Shown here piece after piece: positions 61,912 to 64,000 of a DNA stretch of 64,000 bases (position 1 is the stretch's first letter; each line of letters begins with the position of its first letter). The notes under the pieces are model-generated. The model was not told the DNA's origin and did not search any database. It saw only the letters and a program-made list of their open reading frames with translations. The stretch is from Candidatus Latescibacterota bacterium (GTDB taxonomy: Bacteria > Latescibacterota > UBA2968 > UBA8231). The position numbers were made by a program, and so were the translations under genes. The stretch is taken from contig CBDAOB010000005.1 of the NCBI GenBank assembly GCA_965197905.1, positions 1,056,001 to 1,120,000 of the forward strand, in the 5' to 3' direction.

Positions 61912-62919
61912 ATGGTTTCGATTGTACAGCTTTCCCACCCCTCTCGCGGCCGTTGTGCCGCACGCGTCAAGGCCGACGCGCTCGAATTGCTCCAAACATC
62001 GAGTACGCTCGGATTGGTCGAAGCTGCCCTCAAATCCGGTGGACCGTTGACGGAGGTCGTTTCATCGTGCGTGTCCACCCAGAGCATCGACTACGGGATG
62101 GTTTACGCAGGGTCGAGCGATTGGAGATTGCTCCCGCCCTTCGATCATCCCGATGAACCCAATCGCTGCATTGTCAGTGGCACGGGCTTGACACACAAAG
62201 CGAGTGCGGCGAACCGACAGGCCATGCACGAGGCACAGAGCGGGGACGAGGAGTCTCTTACCGACAGCATGCGCATGTTCCAGTGGGGCTTGGAGGGCGG
62301 ACAACCCGCTGCCGGGAAGATTGGAACGCAACCGGAATGGTTTTACAAAGGACTGGGAACGATCATCCGTGCGCACGGTGAGGAACTCGTGGTCCCATCC
62401 TTCGCGGACGACGGCGGTGAAGAACCCGAAATTGCGGGATGTTATGTGATCGACGCCGACGGCTCACCTCGTCGCGTCGGATTCCTGCAGGGCAACGAGT
62501 TCGCCGATCACGTCATGGAGAAGAAGAATTATCTGTATCTCGCACCCTCGAAGCTCAGGGACTGCGCGATTGGCCCCGAGCTCATTCTCGACGCGGAGTT
62601 CGAGGCGATCTCGGGAACGGTTTCGATCGAGCGTAGCGGCAAAACGATCTGGTCGCAAAACATCGCAAGCGGAGACGCAAATACCTGTCATAGCCTCGCT
62701 AACATGGAGCACCATCACTTCAAGTATGCGAGCCATCGCCGGCCGGGAGATCTTCATATCCACTTCTATGGAGCGGACGCTTTCAGCTTCGGCGCAGGTG
62801 TTTCGCTCGAGGACGGAGACATCATGGCCGTCGCGTGGGAGGGGTTTGGCAGGCCCTTGCGTAATCCGCTTCGTTGTCTGTCAAAAACAGATATGCCCAT
62901 CCGAGTTTATCACGTATGA
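61912..62919 (+). CDS. araD1: AraD1/GguC-family fumarylacetoacetate-hydrolase-fold protein (2-keto-3-deoxy-L-arabinonate dehydratase-like)
   Basis: GTGLTH, LTDSMRMF..GLEGG, QPEWFYKG, DGGEEPEIAG, GNEF.DH..E..NYL.LA.SKLR and N.EHHHFKY motifs. Confidence 0.85.
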   Translation: MVSIVQLSHPSRGRCAARVKADALELLQTSSTLGLVEAALKSGGPLTEVVSSCVSTQSIDYGMVYAGSSDWRLLPPFDHPDEPNRCIVSGTGLTHKASAANRQAMHEAQSGDEESLTDSMRMFQWGLEGGQPAAGKIGTQPEWFYKGLGTIIRAHGEELVVPSFADDGGEEPEIAGCYVIDADGSPRRVGFLQGNEFADHVMEKKNYLYLAPSKLRDCAIGPELILDAEFEAISGTVSIERSGKTIWSQNIASGDANTCHSLANMEHHHFKYASHRRPGDLHIHFYGADAFSFGAGVSLEDGDIMAVAWEGFGRPLRNPLRCLSKTDMPIRVYHV

Positions 62920-63076
62920 GCGGGACGATTGCTGGAGCAATCCGGCGACAGGGACGATCTCTGTGGCGTATGAAATCGACCCGAGCAGAGCAGTTCCGCC
63001 GAGCTGACGCCGGGCAGCGACGAGTCACAGTGGCATTGCCTACACACGAGATTCTACGATATCGAAGAAGGAAACC

Positions 63077-64000
63077 ATGGCAAAGAACTACGACGCCGTC
63101 CTGATCGGTGCAGGTATCATCGGCAGCTGCACAGCCCTAGAAATGGCCCGTAAAGGGTACAGAACCCTCAACATCGACAAGCTGTCGGTGGCTGGCTCCG
63201 GCTCGACATCTAACACCTGCGCCATTATCCGTCTGCACTATTCGACTCCCCAGGGAGTGGCCATGGCTCGCGAAGGATATTTTTACTGGATCGACTGGCC
63301 GCGGTATCTGGGTGTAGCTGACGAAACCGGTATGGCCAAGTATGTCAACACCGGTTGCCTGGTGATGAAGACCGACAAGAACAAGCACCTCGTGAACGTC
63401 ATGGCCTGCCTCGACGAGTTGTCAGTGGTCTACCAGGAACTGGACGAGGAGGGGATCAGAGAAAAGCTCTCTTACATCGATACTCGCGGTTACGGCCCAC
63501 CGGTCTTGTCCAGTGACAAGCGCTTCGGCAAGCCGACTCGAGAGAGCGTCGCCGGCGCTGTCTATATCCCGGAGTCGGGCTTCATTAATGACCCGCAGCT
63601 GTCGGTCCACAACGTCCAGCGGGCGTGTGAAGTGCGAGGCGGTGAGTACCTTTTCAACACCGAGGTGGTGGAGATCCTAAAACGGGATGGGCGCGCTGTG
63701 GGTGTGAGACTCGCCGACGGCAGCCAGATACACGCGCCGGTGGTGATCAACGTCTCCGGTCCTCACTCGTCCAAGATAAACCGCATGGCGGGGGTCGAGG
63801 AGGAGATGAACATGACCACCCGCGCCCTCAAGCAGGAGGTCTGCCACGTCCGTGCCCCCGAGAATATCGAGTACGATTTTCTCGGCACCCTAATCTCCGA
63901 TGGCGACATCGGCTGTTACTCCAGACCCGAAGCCGGCAACCACGTGCTCATCGGCTCCGAGGATCCGGAGTGCGACGAGCTGGAATGGGTCGAGGATCCG
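63077..64000 (+). CDS. FAD-dependent oxidoreductase (DAO/sarcosine oxidase-like), 3'-truncated by window edge
   Basis: Translated manually; it is absent from the ORF track. MAKNYDAVLIGAGIIG (GxGxxG), GSGSTSNTCAIIR, SGFINDP and VINVSGPHS; AAGGA RBS. Confidence 0.88.
   Translation, partial: MAKNYDAVLIGAGIIGSCTALEMARKGYRTLNIDKLSVAGSGSTSNTCAIIRLHYSTPQGVAMAREGYFYWIDWPRYLGVADETGMAKYVNTGCLVMKTDKNKHLVNVMACLDELSVVYQELDEEGIREKLSYIDTRGYGPPVLSSDKRFGKPTRESVAGAVYIPESGFINDPQLSVHNVQRACEVRGGEYLFNTEVVEILKRDGRAVGVRLADGSQIHAPVVINVSGPHSSKINRMAGVEEEMNMTTRALKQEVCHVRAPENIEYDFLGTLISDGDIGCYSRPEAGNHVLIGSEDPECDELEWVEDP

Overview
Bacterial DNA of moderately high GC content, densely packed with genes. I saw no rRNA, tRNA, CRISPR array, transposase or integrase. 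The protein style suggests a Latescibacterota/Poribacteria-like organism (inference): an EF-hand/dockerin-like 'DFF.FAD.FG' motif, a FlgD/T9SS-type C-terminal domain, a C-terminal 'SWGxxK' motif and many PhyH dioxygenases. The most striking feature is five dispersed paralogs of an unannotated ~1000-aa exported protein (20303-23293, 32977-35866, 39437-42385, 42548-45551, 46141-49188). They share acidic Ca-binding-type Dx[DN]xDG repeats, amphipathic beta-strands and a conserved GF-T-[ED]-[YF]-G-x-x-[LI] C-terminus, and their loops are variable and apparently mosaic. They lie in a plasticity zone that also holds five PhyH-family dioxygenases (one with a halogenase-like HxG motif), a 78-bp direct repeat and several gene remnants. 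The flanks carry catabolic genes: SDRs, Gfo/Idh/MocA oxidoreductases, a dialkylglycine decarboxylase-like enzyme, a sulfatase, a sialidase-like protein, an SSS transporter, and arabinose isomerase-like, AraD1 and enolase-superfamily enzymes. They also carry sppA and a ~1740-aa multi-domain surface protein. About ten frameshifts or deletions are visible; these may be consensus errors or real decay.
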